Source of the DNA: an uncultured bacterium
GTDB taxonomy: Bacteria > Bacillota > Clostridia > Lachnospirales > Lachnospiraceae
DNA length: 64,000 nucleotides
NCBI GenBank assembly: GCA_905214875.1
Contig: CAJMNR010000022.1
Coordinates: 422-64,421 of the forward strand
Reading direction: 5' to 3'
Under the pieces are notes generated by a model. That model did no database searches. It was not told the origin of the DNA and saw only the letters and a list, made by a program, of their open reading frames with translations. Below, in pieces: positions 22,596 through 32,172 of this stretch. The stretch's first letter is position 1, and every line of letters starts with the position of its first letter. The position numbers and the translations under genes were made by a program.

Positions 22596-22596
22596 A

Positions 22597-22908
22597 TTAT
22601 TTAAATTTTACTGCAGTGCCATAAGCCATAACTTCGGCTGCTCCTGATGCAACAGCTGAAGAAGAATATCTTACGCAAACAATAGCGTCAGCTCCAATGT
22701 TGGCAGCTTCCTCCATCATTCTCTTTGTAGCTAAATCTCTTGCTTCATTCATCATTTGAGTGTACGCTGTAAGTTCTCCACCTACCATGTTTTTAAATCC
22801 AGACAAAATGTCTTTTCCAACATTCTTTGTTTGAATTGTACTGCCTCTTACTAGACCTAACATCTCTAATTCTTTTCCAGTGATATAATCAGTATTTACT
22901 ACTAACAT
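22597..22908 (-). CDS. YbjQ/UPF0145 family protein
   Basis: LGLVRGS, GGELTAYT, GADAIV, AYGTAVK. Confidence 0.92.
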   Translation of the reverse strand: MLVVNTDYITGKELEMLGLVRGSTIQTKNVGKDILSGFKNMVGGELTAYTQMMNEARDLATKRMMEEAANIGADAIVCVRYSSSAVASGAAEVMAYGTAVKFK

Positions 22909-23002
22909 TCTTCTTCCTCCCATAACAGTTCATTAATACTTTGACTATACCATATATTTCCCATTGCGTCAACGATGAAGAAACCATATGTTAATTAATT
23001 TA

Positions 23003-25579
23003 TTATTTCACTGTGACCTTAACGGTAACTGTTTTCTTTCCTGATTTTACTTTTATGTAGGCTGTTCCTTTCTTTTTCGCCTTAACAATCCCATATTTAT
23101 CTACTGTTGCGACTGATTTTTTCGTCGAACTATAAACTAAATAATCGGTAGTGTTTGTCGGCGTCACTTTGGCAACGATCGATGTTGATTTTCCAACCTT
23201 TAACGAAACAGTCTTTTTCTTCGTAGTTAACTTCTTCGTTGCACTCTTTCTTGCCACTACTTTAACTTTCACTTTTGCCTTCTTACTTCCAGACTTTAGG
23301 GTAATCGTTACCGTTCCTGTTTTCTTCGCCGTAATCTTACCTTTGCTTGAAACCGTGGCTATCTTTTTATTACTTGAAGAAAACGTTACCTTATCCGTGG
23401 AATCTGCTGGCTTTACCTCTTTTCCAATGGTATATGTCCAGCCTTTTTTCATATAAATGGTAGACTTATTTGATGAAGTCGTCTTAATCTTTACAGAAGT
23501 TGTAGGAACTTTTACTTTTACCGTGACTGTTTTTGAGCTTTTCACTGTCTCACCTGTAAAGGTTGCTGTAATCTTGGCAGTTCCTGCTTTCTTTGCCTTT
23601 GCTACGCCTGTCGTTGCATTCACTTCTAGTATCTTTGAATTAGAAGATGTATATCGTATTGTTCCGTTCGTAGAGGAGGACTTTGCTTTAAATGTAGCAG
23701 TCTTTCCTTTCTTTAACTCACTTACTGACTTTGTAAATGTCACCTTAGGAAGGACAGGCTTTACTGCTGTTGCCGTTTTGTCAAACTCATAATTTACAAC
23801 ATCACCGCTATACATTTCAATTCTCAATTTGATTCTTCCATTGGTTGGAACCGAGGAATCTGCAAAGAAACTCTTTTTGATGTTAAGAAGATTTTTACTA
23901 TAGTCTGGTAAATAGGTCTCTGAGTACTGCAGATATTCTGCCCAGTTATTTGGACCGATTCTTTTTCCGTTACATGTCGCTGTTACTCTTCTTACTTTAT
24001 TACCGTTGAAGTTAATGGATAACTTCACAGGTGTCTCGCTATTTCCTTTTGTCGCATTGGTATAGACTGCACTTTTGCACGTCCTGATATATTCATACCA
24101 TGTAGCGCCTGAACTAAATTTAAACTTCAAGGTTGCCACCGTGCCCAATGTAGTTTTCTTTGCCGTTACCACTCGTTTAATATAGTCTTTTTTCAGCGTG
24201 ACAGTCGCACTCTTTTCATGATAGGTATAATCTTTTCCTAATGTGAGTGTCGTATTGCCATTCATAATCTTAGTAAACTTGTTTCCATTTAAGGTTAGTG
24301 GGATTTTGATATCCGTATAGGTGTAGGTATTGTTCTTTTGCTTGATATAGATTGTATCTAAACCAGTTGCATAAGACGATCTTCCTTTCATGCTGGCCGT
24401 AATCCATTCTCCAACGATTGGTTTCACCCATTTCGAACAATTTGCTTTACGGTCCATCCCTGAACCATTATCCCAAAACATCAAGGTGATTCCTAATTTC
24501 TTAGCTACATAATTTACATACTCATAATATTTTAATTCTTCTCCCGGCTGATTACATTCCATTCCACTGTCATATCCTAACAGTCCGTATTCTCCAACCA
24601 GCACACCGATTCCGTTTTTCGTAAATTGGTCATACATCGTATTAAATGCCTTATCGATTGCTACCCTTTGGGTATACCCATTCTTATAGCTTGCATCGTC
24701 CCATAGTTTTTCATCAAAACTTGTCTTTCCTAAGTTTGCACTATAAATCCATTCTCCATAATAATGAACGGTTGCGATGACATTTGGATCTTGCTTACCA
24801 TTAACCAAATACTTTGTTGTTATCTGATCATATAAAGGCTTACATTGTTCGTGATTCGTCTCTAATGTTGGAAGGATAACCATTCTTGTTGCATTATTTC
24901 CTCCACTCTTACGAACGATGTCATATGCGGCTTTATTAATCTTATTTAATTTGTCTTGTGCATTTGATGTAAACGTTGGCTCATTGATTGTTTCAAAGCT
25001 TAACTTTTGACCATATCCTTTAAATGCCGCTGCAATCTGTTTCCAAAGTGCCGTATATTTTACGTATTCTTTTGATTTTACGTTTCCATCCCAAGAATTC
25101 AGCCACATCCAAGACTCATTATGTACATTGATGACTACATACAAATCTTCATCCAGTGCCATTTGAACGACTTTCTTCACACGCGCTAGCCATTTATCAT
25201 CAATCTTATAATTCTTTGATTGGTCCATTACGCTTCCTTCATACGTAACAGGAATTCGCACGCTCTTGTATCCGGCCTTTTTGACATTCTTAAATACCGT
25301 CTGGTTTACTGTGGGTTGTCCCCATAACGTCTCACGATTGACATTGCTAAGCCCCATACCTTGGCGATTCGTATCACATGACTCGAGCGTGTTACCAAGA
25401 TTCCACCCTGGCGCCATCGCCTCTACATATTTTTGTGATGCGGTCTTCGTTGCCTGTGTCGTTGTGTTTGTTGTCATACTCGTTTCTGCACTTGCTGGCA
25501 TCCCGTTCCCCATAAACATGGTTGCCATAAGAGAAACGGATAACAACATAGAAACTACTCGTTTTGCTAGTTTCTTCAT
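23003..25579 (-). CDS. Secreted GH5 endoglucanase with X2/Ig, CBM46-like and C-terminal Big_2 modules
   Basis: Signal peptide; WNLGNTLE, TINEP (acid/base), VGEYG (nucleophile), FWDNG; LNGNKF..GKDYT X2 motif; three Lys-rich SSN.K.ATV..G Ig repeats. Confidence 0.9.
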   Translation of the reverse strand: MKKLAKRVVSMLLSVSLMATMFMGNGMPASAETSMTTNTTTQATKTASQKYVEAMAPGWNLGNTLESCDTNRQGMGLSNVNRETLWGQPTVNQTVFKNVKKAGYKSVRIPVTYEGSVMDQSKNYKIDDKWLARVKKVVQMALDEDLYVVINVHNESWMWLNSWDGNVKSKEYVKYTALWKQIAAAFKGYGQKLSFETINEPTFTSNAQDKLNKINKAAYDIVRKSGGNNATRMVILPTLETNHEQCKPLYDQITTKYLVNGKQDPNVIATVHYYGEWIYSANLGKTSFDEKLWDDASYKNGYTQRVAIDKAFNTMYDQFTKNGIGVLVGEYGLLGYDSGMECNQPGEELKYYEYVNYVAKKLGITLMFWDNGSGMDRKANCSKWVKPIVGEWITASMKGRSSYATGLDTIYIKQKNNTYTYTDIKIPLTLNGNKFTKIMNGNTTLTLGKDYTYHEKSATVTLKKDYIKRVVTAKKTTLGTVATLKFKFSSGATWYEYIRTCKSAVYTNATKGNSETPVKLSINFNGNKVRRVTATCNGKRIGPNNWAEYLQYSETYLPDYSKNLLNIKKSFFADSSVPTNGRIKLRIEMYSGDVVNYEFDKTATAVKPVLPKVTFTKSVSELKKGKTATFKAKSSSTNGTIRYTSSNSKILEVNATTGVAKAKKAGTAKITATFTGETVKSSKTVTVKVKVPTTSVKIKTTSSNKSTIYMKKGWTYTIGKEVKPADSTDKVTFSSSNKKIATVSSKGKITAKKTGTVTITLKSGSKKAKVKVKVVARKSATKKLTTKKKTVSLKVGKSTSIVAKVTPTNTTDYLVYSSTKKSVATVDKYGIVKAKKKGTAYIKVKSGKKTVTVKVTVK

Positions 25580-25742
25580 CTTTGTCACCTTCCCCATCTT
25601 TTTTCCACAATGGAGGCATTATCTTTTGTAAGTAAATGTTACATAATGCCATACATTGTCATCTTCATACTAGCACCATATAACCTACCAAACAATGTCC
25701 GATATTAGTTTTCTACATGGAATATATTCTTTTATAAACGGA

Positions 25743-25880
25743 CTCGTTGCCCGCGCCGAACCTGGTCTTGGTAGCGACATCTTCCTTTCAGGTGAGTGCG
25801 CATCACACGTCCCGCTTTTTGGGACATTTTTAATTGTTAGGAAAGAGCTCGACAGAGCTCTTTCCTAACAATTAAAAAAA
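25743..25880. repeat. Dispersed hairpin repeat, copy 2 (perfect-palindrome variant)
   Basis: Matches copy 1; 24-bp perfect inverted repeat around a GACA loop; abuts the tRNA terminator. Confidence 0.95.
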
Positions 25881-25908
25881 CGCCAAACACTAAGTGTTTG
25901 GCGTTTTT
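25876..25908 (-). terminator. tRNA-Glu terminator
   Basis: aaaaacgccaaacac-taa-gtgtttggcgttttt. Confidence 0.9.
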
Positions 25909-25939
25909 CTCGGGTTGGGCTGTTTTAATAAACAGTCAA

Positions 25940-26011
25940 CAGCCTGTAGGGGAATCGAACCCCTGATTCTGCCGTGAGAGGGCAGCGTCTTAGCCGCTTG
26001 ACCAACAGGCC
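25940..26011 (-). tRNA. tRNA-Glu (anticodon CUC), CCA not encoded
   Basis: Acceptor GGCCTGT/ACAGGCT, anticodon arm CTGCC-CTCTCAC-GGCAG, T-arm GGGG-TTCGATT-CCCC. Confidence 0.95.
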
Positions 26012-26026
26012 TCATCAACAAAACCT

Positions 26027-26055
26027 ATTCTACACTATAAAAGCAAAGAATGCAA
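26027..26055 (-). promoter_or_regulatory. Sigma-A promoter of tRNA-Glu
   Basis: TTGCAT-17 bp-TAGAAT on the minus strand. Confidence 0.65.
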
Positions 26056-26090
26056 GTACTATTTTATATATTTTTCAAATTTTTTTGAAT

Positions 26091-26133
26091 AAACGCACAC
26101 TTTCCTAGGAAATACTATGTATTTGTGCGTTTT
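26091..26133 (-). terminator. Probable terminator after the RT-nitrilase gene
   Basis: aaacgcaca...tgtgcgttt inverted repeat just past the stop codon. Confidence 0.5.
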
Positions 26134-26136
26134 CCA

Positions 26137-29067
26137 TCAATAATTTGGTGGTAATCCTTTATATTTATAATGTTTATAGCTATTGCTATCAATGCTACAC
26201 GAGTTACAATCCATTTTATGATCACATGCAAGGCATTGATTGATGATTTCCTGAAGGTTTGACTCATAATGTTTTTGAAATTCACAAAATTCATCCAAAT
26301 TGATTTCATTTACAAGAATCACATCATTTACCCCACCTTTTACTTGAGCAATTTCTCGATACGCAGTCTTTGCAGGAAGTGTAATTCTTGAATCTCCATA
26401 CTTCGCCGTATTCGATTGAATGACAAATGCATGCAAGTCTCTTGCTGTCGCTTCTACAACGGAAGAAAAATAATGGGTATCCTTATTCAGCTGCGGAATA
26501 AATAGCACATTAATCAGTGACTTTAGTACTGCCCTAGACTGAATATCGGTAAACTCAAAGCAAAGCACCGTACTAAATACGACATTTCCACTTTTTATCA
26601 CATAATAAAATGGGGTCTTTCGATCATGGGTTTCATACCCCAACTTTGCTAACTCAAAGCGTTCATCTGGGGCATAAAAATTCTTCTCGCGAAAAAACAG
26701 GATACTCTCTCTATTGGTAAGCTCATTCTTTGCACTGGCGATAACGCACGTAAAATTATAGGCCGTTTTCCCTTTTGTAATATACTGCAGTCCCGTAATC
26801 ACTGTAATCCCCATCTGCTTTGCAAAGATAGAAACTTGATCGATCCATAAAATCGGCATATAGAATTCTGGAAATACTAGATAGTCCACTCGTTCTTCAG
26901 CTGCAATATTTAACAGCTTAAATAACTTCACCTTACGGCTATATGTGCACATAAGGGTAGGATTTTTTAGTACTTGCAATGCCTCATCTTCTGTAATGCT
27001 TGTATTTACGATTCCAATACGAAGCATCTTGCGTTCCTCATCGGCCAACTCGATTTTCTTTAAAACAAGCTCGTGCTCTTTCTTTCCGCCATCGATCACG
27101 TTTTTTATCTTTTCATTCTTGCGGATTGGATTAATCGGACAACCACCAATCGCATTATCCTCCATATATTGATAAAATACTTCGTCATAATCGATATCCC
27201 GACGGTCCTCATTGTTATAGTAACAATTAAAATACCACAGATAAAACTCATCTAGTCGAATAAAGCGTGGAGAATAATCCATCTTCCTCTGATGAATCGT
27301 ATAATCATGATATGGACGATATTCCACAAGGGAATCCTCTTTCATCACTTTGGAATTCGTGTAATTAATCAGAGGGAAAAATACTAAATCATGATTGATC
27401 AGATTCACCTTTCGAAAGAGTTTTGCAAGCTCTACGACCTTCGTCTTCTCCTTACACGCGCCATAATCAAGCCCTACTGCTAACGCACATGCGATATTCA
27501 AATGCTCCATCAGGCTCTTTTTTAGTTTATACAAAATAGCCTTATACTTCTTTTTGTAGATTTCCCCTTGTTTTAGCTCATTAAATTCAAGCCCCTCTAT
27601 ATAGCTTTGTATCGTCTCATAAAACTGGTCCATCCGTAAGTAGTCCTTTACCATGACAAACAGCTCAAATACATTTCTCCATGAACTAAAAAACTCAATC
27701 GTTGAACTCCCCTTATAAAGGTCTAAGATTTCCTCAAGGTATTTATTCACCTCGTCATAGCCGGAATACACGTTCTTTAGGGTAAACTTAAGTCCATTGA
27801 TAAACCGAACGACATTATAGTAGTTGCTATCCGCCAGCTTACTATCTAGCAAACTTTCTCTTTTATAAGATAGGTCAAAGGAATACGGCTTCTTTACCAA
27901 CGACTTTTTCAGAATATCAATATCCGGAAACAGGTTTGCTTCACTTACCGTACCATTTATATTGTCATAAAAACTTTTTAAAAGGGCATCCTTGCTTCCC
28001 CTCTTAAAATAATAGCATCGGATTTTATCTACCTGAATCGTTAAGTTGCTATCCCGTACATAACTGATTCTTGTGCGGCTCAGACGTTTAAATAACTTTG
28101 GACGCAATAAATAATTGCGGATGCAGCGTTCCACCGATGTATTGGCCTCATTCTCAGAATCAAGCACCAACAGCAAATCATCCACATAACGCCCATAGTA
28201 TAAAGGAGAAAGATTCTCCATAATGCTTCGGTCGAACCGCATCATATAAAGATTCCTTAATACAATCGGACTCATCAACCCAATCGGCAGCATGCACGTT
28301 TCCTCTGAGTCTTGGCTGCTTTCCTTATATTGATTGACAATCTTCGTATACCGCCGATAGGTTTTCTCTATCACGTTAGTCAAAAACGTAATTTCTGATA
28401 GTCTTGCATCATTCTTTAACATCTTATCCATCTTACTAAAATCAAAATTCACACTATAATAAAAGCTTTTAAAATCCAGGCTCATAAGGACGAGATCTTT
28501 TTCATTCTTATGTTCACTCACGCTTCGAATTGCCTTATTACGCCATGATTCATATGACTTAAAATACGGTTCAAAGGATCGATTGGAAGCAAAATCAATA
28601 CCATTTACAAGGGAAGGTTCTTTATTCACAAACAAACTTTTTTTAAACTTCCCTGCAAAGGAATATCTGGACTCTCCAAATACATCACTGATTATCTTCC
28701 CTATGAAAAGCATCCATAAGCAATCCACGATTAATAGCTCTACAGGCGCATCAATATAAAAATTGAGCGTATATATGTTCTTATTATGATCAATATCTTT
28801 TTGCGTAATATCTCCAGGTTTATTTGCTTTTAACTTCTTGCTCATGACTTTAAAATCAATCGCATCTACTAACTGGTCAAAATAGCGGTCATTTTCCAAA
28901 TAAAGATTCAAACCGATTTCACTAAGCTTCTCACCAAACTCCTTTTTTGCCTCAAAATACGCGATGTTCTTCTTTATGTAAAGCAATGTTTTATCATAAT
29001 AGTAGTAAGACTTTAATTTCTTGTATGCTCCGCGCACCATTGTCTGTAATTCTTTCAATTCAAACAT
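26137..29067 (-). CDS. Reverse transcriptase-nitrilase (carbon-nitrogen hydrolase) fusion, DRT1/class-3 UG-like
   Basis: RT motifs LDFKSFYYSV, LPIGLMSP and YYGRYVDD; nitrilase triad motifs LVFPE, REKNFY and LCFEF. Confidence 0.88.
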   Translation of the reverse strand: MFELKELQTMVRGAYKKLKSYYYYDKTLLYIKKNIAYFEAKKEFGEKLSEIGLNLYLENDRYFDQLVDAIDFKVMSKKLKANKPGDITQKDIDHNKNIYTLNFYIDAPVELLIVDCLWMLFIGKIISDVFGESRYSFAGKFKKSLFVNKEPSLVNGIDFASNRSFEPYFKSYESWRNKAIRSVSEHKNEKDLVLMSLDFKSFYYSVNFDFSKMDKMLKNDARLSEITFLTNVIEKTYRRYTKIVNQYKESSQDSEETCMLPIGLMSPIVLRNLYMMRFDRSIMENLSPLYYGRYVDDLLLVLDSENEANTSVERCIRNYLLRPKLFKRLSRTRISYVRDSNLTIQVDKIRCYYFKRGSKDALLKSFYDNINGTVSEANLFPDIDILKKSLVKKPYSFDLSYKRESLLDSKLADSNYYNVVRFINGLKFTLKNVYSGYDEVNKYLEEILDLYKGSSTIEFFSSWRNVFELFVMVKDYLRMDQFYETIQSYIEGLEFNELKQGEIYKKKYKAILYKLKKSLMEHLNIACALAVGLDYGACKEKTKVVELAKLFRKVNLINHDLVFFPLINYTNSKVMKEDSLVEYRPYHDYTIHQRKMDYSPRFIRLDEFYLWYFNCYYNNEDRRDIDYDEVFYQYMEDNAIGGCPINPIRKNEKIKNVIDGGKKEHELVLKKIELADEERKMLRIGIVNTSITEDEALQVLKNPTLMCTYSRKVKLFKLLNIAAEERVDYLVFPEFYMPILWIDQVSIFAKQMGITVITGLQYITKGKTAYNFTCVIASAKNELTNRESILFFREKNFYAPDERFELAKLGYETHDRKTPFYYVIKSGNVVFSTVLCFEFTDIQSRAVLKSLINVLFIPQLNKDTHYFSSVVEATARDLHAFVIQSNTAKYGDSRITLPAKTAYREIAQVKGGVNDVILVNEINLDEFCEFQKHYESNLQEIINQCLACDHKMDCNSCSIDSNSYKHYKYKGLPPNY

Positions 29068-29225
29068 GTTTTCCTACTCCTATGAAACTCATAACTTATC
29101 TTTTTTTGCTACCTTTATTATACCATAACGCTGTCTATTTCCGGCATTTAATAGTAAAAAATAACATTGCTTTTTTTCCGTCATCTCTTTACAATAAAAG
29201 TACATTAAAACATATAGGTGAACCA

Positions 29226-29639
29226 ATGAAAAAAGTAAATATATCAGAAAACAGCCATCAGAGCATGGTCAATTCCTATGGAAACATCGATCAGGAATTA
29301 GAAAACTTAGGATTTTGCTATTACTTCAAGCTTGCAGACCGCATGCGCGAAAGAAACCTTACCGTTCGTAAATTATCCGCACTGTCAGGCTTACGCCTTG
29401 CAACGATTTCAGATTTAATGCGTGGTAAGAAGAATTCAATCAACATGCATCATGTCGTAATCTTAATGGCAGTTCTTAGACTAGACTCTATTACTGATTT
29501 GATTGATATCCGAGTACCTGCTTCCATCAAAGATGATATGATTACAGAATCTACTCATTGGAAGAAGACTCATGAAGTTCCATTAGAGACATTACGACTT
29601 AGCACTATTATAAATGGTGAAGATTCCGAATCTGTTTAA
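29226..29639 (+). CDS. Cro/C1 (XRE)-type HTH transcriptional regulator
   Basis: ATG with AGGTG RBS; KLADRMRERNLTVRKLSALSGLRLATISDL helix-turn-helix; divergent from the RT gene. Confidence 0.8.
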   Translation: MKKVNISENSHQSMVNSYGNIDQELENLGFCYYFKLADRMRERNLTVRKLSALSGLRLATISDLMRGKKNSINMHHVVILMAVLRLDSITDLIDIRVPASIKDDMITESTHWKKTHEVPLETLRLSTIINGEDSESV

Positions 29640-29859
29640 ACAATCGGAATTGTTTGTCTACAGCCTAAGAGGGGAGGATTATTGTTCCCCTCTCTTTTTA
29701 TGCGCAGAAACTTCTCTACGAAATAATCCCCTATTCCCATTTTCCATTATTTACTAGTATATTTTTGCGTGGTATTTATTGATACCTTTTTCACAATATG
29801 GTAAAGTATCAAGGGAAACCCAATTTTAAATTAGGTTATTCCAAGGAGGAAAAGAATTT

Positions 29860-30381
29860 ATGAAATTACAAAAAAATCTTATCACTTTAGCAGCAGTTGC
29901 TACTTTAACTGTTGGTGCATTAACTGGATGCTCTAGCGAAGAAGCTAACAACGCTGCTACTGCACAACCAACTGCAACAGCTGCAACAACTGAAGCTACT
30001 AAAGCTCCTGAAACTACTGCTGCAGAATTAAAAGATGGTAAATACGAAGTTAAAGCTGATGAAGCTGACAACGGTTACACTTATGTAACAAACATGACTG
30101 TTGAAGCTGGAAAAATCACTGAATTAACATGGGATGCTATCGATGAAAACGGAAAGAAAAAATCCGAATTATCTTTAAACGGTGAATACGTTATGACAGA
30201 AGACGGCTTAACTTGGGCTGCTCAATCTGAAGCATTAGCTAAATACGTTATCGAAAACCAATCCGTAGAAGGTATCAAATTAGATGAAAACGGTAAAACT
30301 GATGTTATTACTGGAGTAAGTATCTCTGTAAACACATTTGTTGACCAAGTTACTAAAGCTTTAGAAAAAGCTGCTAAATAA
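29860..30381 (+). CDS. FMN-binding domain lipoprotein
   Basis: Lipobox LTGC, Ala/Thr linker, LKDGKYE, TDVITGVSISV flavinylation-like motif. Confidence 0.8.
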   Translation: MKLQKNLITLAAVATLTVGALTGCSSEEANNAATAQPTATAATTEATKAPETTAAELKDGKYEVKADEADNGYTYVTNMTVEAGKITELTWDAIDENGKKKSELSLNGEYVMTEDGLTWAAQSEALAKYVIENQSVEGIKLDENGKTDVITGVSISVNTFVDQVTKALEKAAK

Positions 30382-30405
30382 TAAACTAAAAAAAAATGTT
30401 GGGAA

Positions 30406-30975
30406 TTATCTTCCCAACATTTTTTTATTTTCATACTGCTCCCTTGTCAAGCTATAATATACAACCTCTAAATAATGTTCTTGTACTTTGACTTGCTGGT
30501 GAGCACGAATATCGATTTCAAATCCTGCTTTCGTCAAAACTCTTCCACTTGCAAAATTCCCTGCAAAATGGCTGGCTTCGATATAGTCAAGCCCAAAAGT
30601 TTCAAAACAATAGGCGCTTACTTTCCTTACAACGTCTGTCATGATTCCTCGATTCCAGTAACTACTATTAAGCAAATACCCAAGACAGACACAATTCTTT
30701 TCTAAGTTACGCTTAACTTCCAGTACGCCGATACACTTATTCTCTTCCTTATGTACAATCGCAAAAGTAGATGGATCGTTGATATACATTGTCTGAATAA
30801 ACGAACGCACCTGCGATTGTTTTGTTAGACCTCCCCAAGTCAAATACTTCATTACCTTTTTATCAGTAGCAAATTCTAGCACATCCTGATCATCCGTTAG
30901 TTGAAATCGTCGCAAAAAAACTTGTTGGAATTTCAAACAATCCAAATTATCATTTTCTTCCTTCGTAGTTTTCAA
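30406..30975 (-). CDS. RimJ/RimL-type GNAT acetyltransferase
   Basis: LGYLLNSSYWNRGIMT, NFASGRVLTKAGF; TTG start with GGAGG RBS. Confidence 0.85.
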   Translation of the reverse strand: MKTTKEENDNLDCLKFQQVFLRRFQLTDDQDVLEFATDKKVMKYLTWGGLTKQSQVRSFIQTMYINDPSTFAIVHKEENKCIGVLEVKRNLEKNCVCLGYLLNSSYWNRGIMTDVVRKVSAYCFETFGLDYIEASHFAGNFASGRVLTKAGFEIDIRAHQQVKVQEHYLEVVYYSLTREQYENKKMLGR

Positions 30976-31078
30976 ACTGTTCTCCTCCAGTTCTCTCATT
31001 ACCTTATTCATGTAATACTTTTCTAAATTATGAATATTATACCATATTATATTAGTAAATACACTATTTTGGGAGAAA

Positions 31079-31999
31079 TTATTTTTCAACCAAAGGAAAG
31101 CATACCATCATCTTGTCTTTTGGCTCTGAATCAAAGTTCAAATGCTCCAAACTTACCTGATTACAGCAGGTCGTATTTTTTATTGATACCTTCAATGCAT
31201 ACACTTGCATTCCTGCTCCATCTTTCATTGCACCCATGGACGTATAGCAAAAATTAATCGTCCTATACTCATTTTTAGCTATTTCAATCTCATCTCCTGG
31301 CATATAGATGATTTCATAATTTTGATCAGACATCGAATGATTATGGCCATAAAGAAAGATGACATTGGAATATTGGTCTAAAAGTGTAATCAACTGTTCT
31401 ACTCCCTCTGTCACCCTAATCCTTTTTCCTTTTTCACAATAATGCAGTGGATAATGTGAAATAATAAATACCGGCACACGCGGAATAATGGTCTTAGTTG
31501 TTTCTAAAAATGTTTCCAACTGTTTGATATCATCTTCCCTAAAGCTCTGTTTGTCTGTAGATGCTCCAAACGTATAGATCACATATCCTTCTTCTTTAAT
31601 CTTTCTTCCTCGAGATGCCTGTTTTGTAATATCGTTAAAGCTTTTTTCCTCAAACCCGCTAAGGTCATGGTTTCCAACCGTATATACTGCCTTTGTCTGC
31701 GGAAGTAACGAGTTGTTACAGCTTACTACATCATTTAACACCTTTTTATCATACTTCTTTGCGTAATCCCCGCCAAAACATATATATTCCGTTTCATCTG
31801 CTGTCTCTTTATACCGTGTTAAAAAAGGTTTTAAGTTTTCTTCTACTGTCTCATGAATATCCGAAACAAATAAAATCACATGCTCTTTCGGTTCCTTTTC
31901 CTCACCTTCCGTAGCATATGTTTTGATGGTATTACAAGACAAACACATTATAGCCATCCCTGTAACTAGTGCCGTAATTCTATTTCTGATTTTTTTCAT
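31079..31999 (-). CDS. Exported calcineurin-like metallophosphoesterase
   Basis: Signal peptide; SDIH, GGD, GNHD, SHYP, GHNH motifs. Confidence 0.85.
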   Translation of the reverse strand: MKKIRNRITALVTGMAIMCLSCNTIKTYATEGEEKEPKEHVILFVSDIHETVEENLKPFLTRYKETADETEYICFGGDYAKKYDKKVLNDVVSCNNSLLPQTKAVYTVGNHDLSGFEEKSFNDITKQASRGRKIKEEGYVIYTFGASTDKQSFREDDIKQLETFLETTKTIIPRVPVFIISHYPLHYCEKGKRIRVTEGVEQLITLLDQYSNVIFLYGHNHSMSDQNYEIIYMPGDEIEIAKNEYRTINFCYTSMGAMKDGAGMQVYALKVSIKNTTCCNQVSLEHLNFDSEPKDKMMVCFPLVEK

Positions 32000-32172
32000 A
32001 TTATTTTCCTCACTTATTTCTATAATAGTATTCTAACCACTCGAATATAAAAAAATGTGAGTCAATCAAGCAAAAGACTACACTTGCCATCTTCTAGACT
32101 TTTATCCTCTGTTTTGCTATACTTTTACTTATGAGATATTAATTTAATAGCACTAAGAATGAGGGATAGTCA

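Noticed and set aside
26092..26103. aacgcacacttt shared between the RT terminator and repeat copy 3, suggesting the RT mobilises the repeat
   Set aside because: A 12-nt match only; insufficient evidence for a link.
26137..29225. RT as a retron, DGR or group II intron
   Set aside because: No msr-msd-like inverted repeats in the short flanks, no TR/VR pair or avd, no intron boundaries or maturase domain; the nitrilase fusion points to the UG/DRT class.
28947..29225. Long N-terminal extension of the HTH ORF
   Set aside because: Overlaps the RT start on the opposite strand; ATG 29226 has the RBS.
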